DNA of 64,000 nucleotides from Tubulanus polymorphus. Its lineage: Eukaryota; Animalia; Nemertea. Location of the stretch: NCBI RefSeq assembly GCF_964204645.1, contig NC_134027.1:10076485-10140484 (forward strand). Direction: 5' to 3'. Every line of letters begins with the position of its first letter. The stretch's first letter is position 1. A model generated the notes under the pieces. That model made no database searches, had not been told where the DNA came from, and saw only the letters and a program-made list of their open reading frames with translations. Of the stretch, positions 54,601 through 64,000 are shown piece after piece. The position numbers and the translations under genes are program-made.

Positions 54601-57600
54601 CGTAAATGGTACTTGTTGATGGCCGCTTAGATCCTGCGATAAAGGAGGCAGCCTGTTCTGAAAAGCCTGAAGCTGACAAGGATCGCTGGACAATGGCCAG
54701 GCGAGCAGATTTAACCACTGGCTGTTTGGATGATGCCGAAAGATCCCCTGAGACAGAAGCGATGGGAAATTCGGAAGAATCCTGGGGTTGTCGCACAGTA
54801 GGTTGAGAAGTGGTAGGAACCATTTCTGAGCCGGCCAACATGGTGCTACCAGAACTATGTTGCAATTGACTGATCTCTCTATTTGATCCAGTAAGCACGG
54901 CAGGACTGGTGTGGGCGGGAACGCATACGCATGCATCCCCGACCAGTCCAGAGAGAAGGCATCGACCCCCCACGCTTCCGCGTCTGGAAACGGGGACACA
55001 AACAGAGGACACCTCCGATTGAACCGGGTGGCAAACAGATCCAGCAGCGGATTGCCAAAAATGCCCCAAACCCGATCGGCTACTTCTTGGTGGAGAACCC
55101 ATTCTGTCGCAATAGCCTGACCTCGACGAGACAGAGCATCGGCCATCACGTTCCTTTTCCCTGCTAAATGTGCCACAGTCAGGGACACGCCCTTTGTCTG
55201 GCACCAAAGAAGAATTTTGGCCGACAGACCTGTGAGGGTTTCTGAATGAGTGCCCCCTTGGTTCTGAAGGTAAGCCCTCACTGTTGAATTGTCTTTGGCT
55301 AACCAAACGTGGTGGCCCTCCACTCTCCTGTGAAAGAACTTCAGGGCCTTCCACACGGCCAGCATTTCTAGGAAATTTATGTGGTTGGTGGCCTCGTAGC
55401 GAGACCATTTCCCGGCTTTGACTCGGTTCTCCAGATGGAGGTACGGGAATCAAGGCCTCCCAGTTGCCCTTCGACTGAGACCAGAAGACGACCAGAAGGC
55501 CTTCCAATATTATTGCAAGCGCCTGCTTCTGAGGCGGCCTAAGGGCACCACCAGACCCATGGAGCTGATGGAGCCTAGAAGCCGTGACCAGTAACGAGCT
55601 GTTCTCGGGGTTGTGGACACTCCCGCTACAGCTTCTTGAAGTTTGGCCACTCGAACCATAGACGGAAAGAGTTTGCCGATTCGGAGATCGAAGTCCATGC
55701 CGAGATAAGTGAACTGTTGGGCCGGCGTCAACTGAGATTTTTCCCTGTTTACGCGGAACCCTAGCTGATGGACTAAGTCCAAGACTGAGGTCATTGCCTC
55801 CCGACATTCCTGAGCCGAATTCGCGACTATTAACCAGTCGTCGAGGTAAACGAACAGTCGAACACCCCTTGACTGAAGTACCTTCTGAACTGACTTGACC
55901 AACTTGGTGAAAACCCACGGGGCCGTAATGAGGCCAAATGGAAGAGACCTGAATTGGAACTGGCGGCCTTTCCACTTTATCCTGAGAAATCGCAGAGATT
56001 TTGGGTGAATTGTAAAGTAAGCATCTTTCAGGTCCAATGAAGCCGCCCATTGACCGGGACGGAGCCCTTGAATCACGTCCTTGGGCTTGGTCATCCGGAA
56101 CCTTGGAATGTCTAGGTGCCGATTGAGGGATGACAGATCTATCACTGTCCGTTGACCCCCTGTGGCCTTTGGTACCATGAATATTCGAGAAAACCAACCG
56201 GGAGAAGTTTCGTTGCAAACTGGTTCTATCGCTCCCTTCTCTGCCAGTTCCTTGAGAGCCGGAGAGATTAAGGCCTCCTGACCTGGTTTTGGCCGCATGT
56301 CGGGAGGTGACCTCATCAGGCGCGGTCGCCTTAGGAAACGGAGACGGTAGCCACGAGAGACGACCCGGGAGGGCCAACCGTCTCCAAAGAGGTCGGACCA
56401 GTGGGTTGCTGCCTGCTGCAGACAACCTCCCACTGGTCCCAAGAATTCATTTCGAGTTTTTCCGAAAGGAAGAGCCCCTTTTTGGAGCCTTCCCCTTGCC
56501 TCGATACGAACCGGAACTGTTACGACCGGACGAGGCTTGACACGATTGTTGAAGTTGCGCGCTAGTTCTCCAACCGGCATCCGAAGCCGCCTGAGAAAGC
56601 GCTGAAGTTTGAGATGGTCCTGTTTGCGTCCGTGCCGAACCTTGCGCCGCCGGCGTCGGACCAGAACGCTTTTTCCACGGAGTTCGGGGGTTGGACTTGG
56701 CCTGAACCTCCCGAATCTTCCTCAGCTCTGCGGAAACCGGAGCGCACCAACCGGAGAAGAGACGTGAAGACGTCCCCAATGGGGCTCTCGGCAAAGCATT
56801 GGACACCATATCCGGTAGACGAGTTTTGGCACTGGAGTCCATCACTGACTGACGGGAGGCTAACACCAGATTAGCCTGACCCCGAACCGACAACGGAATT
56901 ATATGCGAAACAGACCGAGCCAAAGATTGGATAATCCGGTCCATTCCCTCCAGTTTTAGGGCAACTGACTCTGGGTCGGAGCCCGCATGAACGGCGGCGT
57001 GAGTCTCGCGAAGCTCACCCGTCAACACCTTAAGTGCCATATCTGGTAAGATTGTCCAGGATTGACGTCATGGCCACCAAACCGGACTTAGGCAAATGAA
57101 TACCCGACTGTGCTGTAACAGTATCCGGGCTGATCGAAGTATAATCAGCATCCAGGCAGTTATGACTGTGATCCACAGCACCTGGAGTTGCGTAATACGC
57201 CGAGCGAAATGCGCCTATAGGTGGATCGGTTGAACTAAAATATTTCCCAGATTTCATACCCCGTTCTGGAGGGGGAAATGAAAATGTTCCAGGCCGACAT
57301 TCACCCCATAATTGCGTGTCCAATCGAGCCCATTCTCTCGAAACCGCTGACGATTCCCGTAAAACGTTAAGATCGGAGTCCGGAGGGCGATAAGCTTCCA
57401 TTGACTCACCGACCAGAGGAGCTGCTGTGGGCTTAGCGCGAGTTGCCCCGTGCTTGACAAAGAACTCACTTATCATCGCTCTAAATGGCATGTCCCCCGC
57501 TGGTTCGGATAAAACTGAACGGGACGGAGATATATTGCGAGCCAGGGAAGCCCCCATCGTCTGGGGCAACCCACAATTGCTTGCGACAGGAAAGACCCCA

Positions 57601-60600
57601 GAAGGAATTGCCGCTTCTGGGACCGGATCCTCATTGAAATCAGACCCTACCGCAGCATCCAGGAATTCAGAGTCAGAATTCCGAAAAACTGAGTGGGCTG
57701 GCGAACTTCTAACCGGACAATCAGGAATAGGCTTACCTGTTGTAGAAGTTGCAGCGACTTGTTGCGACGAAGATAACAAGTTTAAAATTTTCTCCTCAAA
57801 TACATGGAAATCCTTCTGAGTCAGGTATTTTCCAGTATCCCGACGATCATGCCGACTTCGGTGACGGTCCCTCGAACGGGATCGCGACCTACTAGAAGAA
57901 TCGCTTTCATCGCTAACCGACGTCGACGAACGATGAGAAGACCGACGGCGAAACTTCCGACAATAACGATCGTAGTCCCTCTCGCGATCAAACCTTGATC
58001 TGCGAGAAGGAGATCTTGCTCGTTTATTACGGTCACGGCGTCTAAATCTAGTGGGAGAGCGAGCTCTATCCCCGGAGCGACGATCAGAATCAGACGATGA
58101 ACGTACCGGATGTTTTGAACCGGACGACGTCTGGACCGGACCGGTGGCCGAACAGAACCGATGCCTGACCCGGACCGGTACCGACCGAACCGGAGCGGGC
58201 CGTTCGCGACTACCGCGGCGCGCGCTTGGTTCCGAACATGTAGTCTGAACCGGCCGAACCTGCCGAACCGGTGAACGACCAGAGACCGGTGAACGACCAG
58301 AGACCGGTGAATGACCGGAGACCGGTGCCGGTGAACCAGCGTTCCTCCCCGGTGAACGGAGTTGGGAAGCCGATCGTACCTGAACGACCGACGACCGCTC
58401 CGCTTTACGATAAGAAACAGGATTAGAAACGTCGGTTGGCACATCGGCCGAAACCGACGAATCCCTGCTAACTCGACGACGATCTCTTAGTTTAAGAGCC
58501 TTATCGGCCCGAAGCCAAAGGTCCTCGGACCACACGACGCAAATATTGCAAGGATTGCTCCTTGCACATATTTGACCGGATTTGCGCCTGCACGACGCAC
58601 ATGAATCGTGGTTGTCCCAGGCGCCAAACAAATGCCCGCATCCCTCCCCGCCACGATGCTGACCCTTAGGAGGGGGTGGCATAATTATCCTGTTACAAAT
58701 CAAAACAATTCAATTCAATCAAATTATATTTGTAAATAAAATTCTTATGGAAAAAAAGAAACCAGGGATAACCCCCAAACCGAACGGACTCACCGTTATG
58801 AGAGTGAAAACTCCCTAATATCCTAATTCCCAGATTTTTACGGCGAAAAAATCCAACGCGTTCTACTGCGAGAACGCCAAGAAAAAAGATGGCGGATTTC
58901 GCCGGTGGCTAAATGCAATACCGCAGGGCCGGGTCGTATAGAAAAACCATTGGCGATAAATCCAAATTTAGAAAATATTGGCAAAAACCATAGGAAAGGG
59001 TACAGTACTCGACGGAAATATTTGTGGCCCAAAATTGTCAACCCTAACCCTTAAGTACCTTGCAACCCATTTCACAGAAGTTTCTGTTAAATGGCCCTTT
59101 TGCAGATGAATTTGGGTTACTAAGGGTTAACTAAGTTAGATAAACAGATATTACCTTCCAGTTAGAGATGGCATCTTTGCGTTGTTTGGCTTTGGTTTTG
59201 TGCGACGTTTTAATGACCATTAACGCGCGATGGCGTTTCGAATCCTCCTCACCGCTTGCATAATCCCCGCGATGATCTTTCGGCGGTTTCATCATCTCGA
59301 TCGAATACTTGTACAGAAAATACATTAGCCTTCGTTTGGAGAAACCACGTTCGAGGTTGACAACAATTTTTGCCCACTGAAAAAATCAGATCCGTCATAC
59401 GAAATGATATTATCATGTACACACATTTGATGAAAAATTTTCCATGCATAAACATTCACCCTGAGACAGTCCACCCAAGTGTGTTATTTAACAGGCAAAC
59501 CACTTAAGTACATCTACACTGCCATGCGGTGTATCGTTAGGAACTAATATTTCTTTATGTGTGACAGATGCTGCTACTTTCAATAGAGATATACACTTAT
59601 CACTAATGACATCAATGATGCGATTTACTAGGCAAGTCCATCACCGATAAATACACCACAGACTGGTGTAGATGCACTGAAAGGGTTATATAGAATGATT
59701 CAATACAATTCTAAGGCTACATTCCTAAGGAATAAAGCCCACCTGGTAGTAGTGAGAATCTTACTACAACTTTTGACTTTTGATTTATCCTTCACTTTTT
59801 CCATCAAACTCAAGTAAATATTTCTACCTGTTTCCTCCACTCTTTTTCCGATTTCGAGATAACGTTCTGGTACGTATTACCCATCATGGCAATCAACATA
59901 TTGAGCAGTAAAATTGGCACGAGAATCATGAAAACAACGAACACAATCTTCGTCAGCACGTGATAATGTGTGTAGTCGAACTCTTCGTACTGTAATCGAA
60001 AATGGTAATAGAGAAACAACTGGAAAATATTTTCACATCACTCAATTTCATTTATAGTACTAATAAAACAGTTCAATGCCTTGTTTTGATTTTTGGATGT
60101 AGATGAAATAGGTTGGTTTCTATAGCCTTCACCATTCTAACTCAAGAAGACTAGTGAAACACAGAAATCAGTATACATTTTCATAATTTGTAGGTCTATC
60201 CTGACGTCAAATTCAACTTAAATGTCACTACCGGTATGTTACTTGAATTTTGTTGAAATTACTAACTAAATAGCTCACTCAAGGAAGGACCGAAATGTAT
60301 TTTTCGCTTGATAAATGAAGAGCCTCGTACATATTCTAATAGACAGAAAATTCAAGAAGATTTAAATCAATCAGATTGAATCCAATAAACAACTATTCTG
60401 GATGGTAGTTTTGTTTTACTGGCATGTCTGACCGGGGTTTGACAACATAGTGGCCAGTACTTGGTAATCCCATATCTAAAAAGATACAGCCCCAATAAGC
60501 AGGATATAAAGCCTACTGAACTGTCAATGACCTTCAATGAAACAAATCCTTAATTTCTCTTGTAGATATTACAGGACACGAATGATTACATCAGAAGTCC

Positions 60601-63600
60601 ATGAAAGACGTTCTGAAAAGTTGAAATCTTGAAAAAATGCATGTGAGACTTCCATAAAGCCATAGGCAGTTCAGGTATCACACAGGAACATTTATTAGCA
60701 CAGAGGAGGCAAAAGCAACAATTAATCAAATATTCCTTAGCCGCGAAGAAAGGAAAATGTACTGGTAGCTCTAGAATGCACGAATACATACACTTAACAC
60801 ATTGGCACAAATATTTGTCAATCATTGATGGACTAATCTAAGATATAAATCTTGTCTTCTGGTTTAAGTAGAACTAGTTTAACACCATGAAAAAATATCT
60901 ATTATACTCTAGAATTAAAATTGTATTGATGAAGCAATTCCAATGACAAACCAAGACTTCACAATTCGGACTCCTATATGTATTCAATGCTTTTTACTTT
61001 AATATCTTTTGTATAGTTTTATCATTGGATTTGTTAATTTCGAATAAAAGTATACACGGATAGCACAACCTAACGCCAGTAGATCTATGCGGTAAAATAT
61101 CGACTTAAAGTGAATCTCGAAAATAGGATTTTCCTGGATGTACAAATAATGAATATTACAACATGCGGGCAGCAATTAAATAATATACAATAAAATCGCT
61201 TTCAGAAAACGAAGTCACCTTTATACCGAATTCTCCTTTAGACATCTGTGTGCGGACAGAGAAATTGATGAAAAGTGTTATCAGAATCTGATATATTTCA
61301 AGATGTTATTGTAGAATCAACAAGAAATTTGTAAGATTTCAAAATTTGAACACCAACATCCCAACAATCTGTTAGCGTAGCAATCAAAAGTGCTAGTAGC
61401 TCCTTTCCTCGTGAAGCAGACCTACTAATAAATGTGAATTATAGAATACCTATATATGAAAAAACTGCATTTGCAGATTTTCAGCTCAACTCAGAGCATG
61501 AAATGGCCTAGTCACACAGCAGTTTTCTCATTTTTATATATTTTTTCGTGTTAAAAAGGGTTTTAGGAAGCCAGCCTTATGCAAGTCTCACAGAAGAGTT
61601 AAGAAAGAATCACACGGATATTATAAACGCAGTTATAATACATGTGTGTACATCCAACTAACGACTAACCTTAAATTCTCCGAGCGTCATTTGAAACAAT
61701 GTCATCATCGTGCCCGGCATTGTCTCGAATGTTTTAATCGACTTATTGGCGATATCTTTGAACAAAAAGAAGAAACCTGAAAGCAAGAAAAGAGAGAGGT
61801 TTTACACCGATGTACCGAGGATTTACAGAACTGAAAATGATGCCTTCTTTAAAAGAATGAAATCAAGGTTGAACTCATATGTAAAGGCATATGTAAATGT
61901 CTTTCATCATTAATGTCATAATTCAACACACAGAATTTATGATGCATTTTAAATCTTTCATTTTAAAACATTCAATCAAAAGGGCTGTACAAATAACAAA
62001 CATTACATTATGACTATCCGATCATTAATCACTAATTTACACAACTAGATTGTTACAACTGAAAGTTCGGTTACTCCTGTCAGGAATATTTGCGGTAAAA
62101 ACAGAAATTTCAGCTGGTAAGCATTGTTACCTGAGGCGAATCCGATGAGCACGATGCCATAAATGATGACAAACCGTAGCAAATCACCGACAAACATTTT
62201 ATAAATCATTGTGACAAAAGGACCAGTTAACTTGACACCTCTGTAAGAATAATACAACATCGAAATCATGCAACAACATTATGATGAAAATTTGTGTCTT
62301 AATTTGTCTGGAAACGACAAGTCGGTTCTCGAGATGTTCTGTGAATGTGTGTGTCGGGGAGTGTGTGTGCAGTCTACGAGCAATCCTCATGATTGCTTGT
62401 AGGTGCTGTGTAAGAATGATTGCTTCTCTGTCCTGAATCATTGTCAATTGCCTAAAATTTTGTTGCTGATTGTGTGGAATTTGTAATAAAAGTGATTGCA
62501 TGAATAATTCTAGTGAATTTCATCACAGGCATTGAATTTTTTTAGCCATCAATGCTGGAAATGCTTGAATTTGCAGGTCAAATCCTGCCAACCTGGGAAA
62601 TCTTGATCTTAAAAGGTATTAAGTGCGGTCATATCATCTATAAATCATTCATGCAAAATTAACATGTGCTAAAAGGATCTGTGGTGATATCGGAGAAAAT
62701 CTGCTCTGAAAATCTTGGTTGATCTTCTCTCTACTCCTGTCAATCATCGAAGATTATGTGTGTACTTGTACCTTTTGATTTCTAAATTACTTTTCTTGTT
62801 TCATGCACCTAACTTTCAATGAGATAAGATATTCAAAATAGGGATTTAAAATTCCCGAGCAACAAGTGCCAATCATTTTTCAGACTAGGGTTTTTCAGGA
62901 CAATGAATCTACTTATCAGTATTTGTGATGAAATAACGAAATGCTTGACAGAACATGATGTTCCCTGCGGATCAAAGTTAGCTCACTTCTTCCATGAATT
63001 TTCCACTGACAAGTTGGGTGCATCAAGAATTTACAACACTGTATTACAAACTGTATCTATGAGAAAGATTTTCTACGTCAAAGATTTTTACCGAATGCAA
63101 AGTCCAAGTATATCACGCACAAAATGATCGCGAACTTAGTCAAATCTCGAAAGAGCATGACTTGGAATACTTGTATGAACGGCCCCAAGGCCTCCAGCCC
63201 GCTATGATTACAAGAAATAGAATAGAACAGACCTGATCAATATTCAGACTTAATATCATTAAGATCGCTAAAAATTAAATTTGAAACAAATCGAAAATGA
63301 GCGAGGAACACATTTACCGCACAAATATGGGGAAAAAATATTTCCTGCAAATGGATGATGACAAAGTACAAGGTGTAAATGAATATTGTAGGGTAAAAAA
63401 AATCTCATGACAAAATTATTCATCAGTTTGAACAATTATACTGAATCACTTGGTAAGGACAGTTTCTGATACGATTTATACTTCATGTTTATTGTTTCTT
63501 ACTTTGTTTAATGATTATACGGCAAGTATAAGTATTGTTTTATATTTATGTCTGTAAAGAAAAAATAGCAGAACCAGTCAAATTTGGGCGATTAAACGAT

Positions 63601-64000
63601 TAATGTAATTACCCAGTAACAAACTCAACCTATGAAATAATGTTTCAGTTGTTCCAACAATTTTCATTTTTGGCAAGGAGGGCGGTTTTGAGAATTGAAA
63701 TCAGTTCGACTTCGAATTGGATTCGACTCCTATTCGATTCCTATTGGTTTCGAAACTATGTAAACCTATGGAAATATCTGAACTGAAAAAATCTGAGCTC
63801 AGTGTAAAAATTCAAAAATCAATAAAGACTTGAATTCTTGATAATACTGACATATATGGTGGGGTAGTAGTTGAAAGAGTTACCGGTATATACTCCAGCC
63901 TGAGTTTCATCATTATTGTGGGATAAGATTAAGTTAGAGCTTAAAATAAGTACATTTTTTGCTACCAGCTTACCTGGCAAAGAACAATAGGAATGCCCAC
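51680..64000 (-). CDS. iav: TRPV cation channel, Inactive/OSM-9 subfamily; 3' part only (S4 to C-terminus)
   Basis: Exons >64000-63974, 62240-62131, 61776-61670, 59989-59828, 59376-59155, 52564-51680, all phase-consistent. Motifs: [22 protein letters not shown], pore [42 protein letters not shown]. Confidence 0.9.
53040..53202. repeat. DIRS 3' inverted terminal repeat with terminal extension
   Basis: 53083-53202 is the exact reverse complement of 58883-59002 (120/120 by eye). Confidence 0.93.
53257..53348. repeat. DIRS internal complementary region (ICR)
   Basis: The first half is the reverse complement of the left terminus (53040-53098). The second half is the reverse complement of the right terminus (58987-59022). 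The halves overlap at AAT. Confidence 0.93.
53621..56425 (-). CDS. DIRS ORF3: tyrosine recombinase with a long N-terminal extension overlapping pol
   Basis: 934-codon open frame with [55 protein letters not shown]....TF..FY. The listed start is TTG, so the true start is uncertain. Confidence 0.88.
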   Translation of the reverse strand: MSAAGSNPLVRPLWRRLALPGRLSWLPSPFPKATAPDEVTSRHAAKTRSGGLNLSGSQGTGREGSDRTSLQRNFSRLVFSNIHGTKGHRGSTDSDRSVIPQSAPRHSKVPDDQAQGRDSRAPSRSMGGFIGPERCLLYNSPKISAISQDKVERPPVPIQVSSIWPHYGPVGFHQVGQVSSEGTSVKGCSTVRLPRRLVNSREFGSGMSGGNDLSLGLSPSARVPRKQGKISVDAGPTVHLSRHGLRSPNRQTLSVYGSSGQTSRSCSGSVHNPENSSLLVTASRLHQLHGSGGALRPPQKQALAIILEGLLVVFWSQSKGNWEALIPVPPSGEPSQSREMVSLRGHQPHKFPRNAGRVEGPEVLSQESGGPPRLVSQRQFNSEGLPSEPRGHSFRNPHRSVGQNSSLVPDKGRVPDCGTFSREKERDGRCSVSSRSGYCDRMGSPPRSSRSGLGHFWQSAAGSVCHPVQSEVSSVCVPVSRRGSVGGRCLLSGLVGDACVCVPAHTSPAVLTGSNREISQLQHSSGSTMLAGSEMVPTTSQPTVRQPQDSSEFPIASVSGDLSASSKQPVVKSARLAIVQRSLSASGFSEQAASFIAGSKRPSTSTIYDAKWSHFADWCAAGEIDPCSPSVAQLADFLLHLFVVKGLQVITIKGYRSAISHTLRASGWPNVAGDHRISQLVAGFSISRPRVTRTVPPWDLSVILKKLMEAPFEPLSAASFANLSKKTVFLLFLACSARRSEIHALSVRQGHIVFGPANEFVSLRPALEFLAKNQQPGSVGRQWRIEALKHRVEPGIPDRTLCPVRALCFYLDRSASRRGSRERLFIPLLDHLKGDISRDTVARWVSSMIKDILLKENLSSEGVVSHQVRSMATSCAAFSGAPLEEVCRAAFWNSPSTFTSFYLRYVSGQLGSLASLGPVVMAQGVRSFRSDPLM
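54532..56580 (-). pseudogene. DIRS pol (RT, RNase H, Dam-like methyltransferase), disrupted
   Basis: RT: DLKDAYF, LPFGL..APWVFTK, YLDD. Stop at 55510-55512. RNase H remnant HINFLEM..V, DNSTV, N..ADALSR lacks the TDAS..GWG segment. MT motifs DLFA and YAFPP. Confidence 0.88.
56447..58682 (-). pseudogene. DIRS gag, split by a frameshift near 57035
   Basis: N-terminal Cys/His finger CGH....D.H..C..C......C....PC..C..W and an RS-rich middle. ORFs 58682-57030 and 57040-56447 are in different frames. Confidence 0.8.
58267..58327. repeat. 18-bp in-frame tandem repeat in gag (SPVSG[R/H])
   Basis: ACCGGTGAACGACCAGAG twice, plus a variant and a partial copy. Confidence 0.85.
58883..59022. repeat. DIRS 5' inverted terminal repeat
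   Basis: Reverse complement of 53083-53202, plus a distinct 20-nt terminus matched by the ICR. Confidence 0.93.
59455..59690. mobile_element. piggyBac-like MITE, copy 3 (degenerate)
   Basis: Ends GTGTAGATGCACTGAAAGGGTTA, as in 21461-21726. Confidence 0.55.
61219..61245 (-). CDS. Candidate 27-nt alternative microexon of the TRPV gene (MSKGEFGIK)
   Basis: tttctctgtccgcacacag|ATGTCTAAAGGAGAATTCGGTATAAAG|gtgact; phase 0-0, matching the host intron. Confidence 0.5.

Larger units (their letters stand above)
53040..59022 (-). mobile_element. Full-length DIRS1-type tyrosine-recombinase retrotransposon (5983 bp) in the last TRPV intron
   Basis: Inverted terminal repeats, an internal complementary region, gag, RT/RNase H/methyltransferase and YR ORFs, and an ATT trinucleotide at both ends. 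Confidence 0.95.

Noticed and set aside
60586-60825. Cys-rich 79-aa ORF in the TRPV pore intron as a possible alternative pore exon
   Set aside because: No similarity to the pore exon and no matching splice-site pair in the right phase.

Overview
AT-rich, intron-containing animal (invertebrate-like) genomic DNA. It opens inside a ~190-bp satellite array with higher-order structure (1-2716). Four spliced genes follow: SLC2A13/HMIT-like sugar porter (+, 3387-9529), prickle (+, 14637-40337, with a 19.5-kb intron), LAMTOR5 (-, 46970-49509) and the 3' part of an Inactive/OSM-9-type TRPV channel (-, 51680 to beyond 64000). A 5'-truncated LINE lies between SLC2A13 and prickle. A full-length DIRS1-type tyrosine-recombinase retrotransposon (53040-59022; perfect ITR cores and ICR, damaged gag/pol) sits in the last TRPV intron, and many small MITE/SINE-like repeats are scattered throughout. 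The top finding is a pair of 160-nt mutually exclusive exons in SLC2A13 that swap TM4-TM5 between an inositol-transporter-like and a GLUT/hexose-transporter-like substrate pocket. Other highlights are a candidate 27-nt microexon just after the TRPV selectivity filter, a satellite hairpin that recurs in the SLC2A13 promoter, and a predicted 5' UTR intron and compensating frameshifts in the DIRS element. All gene models were built by eye from GT-AG sites and phase; family names come from remembered motifs, not database searches.
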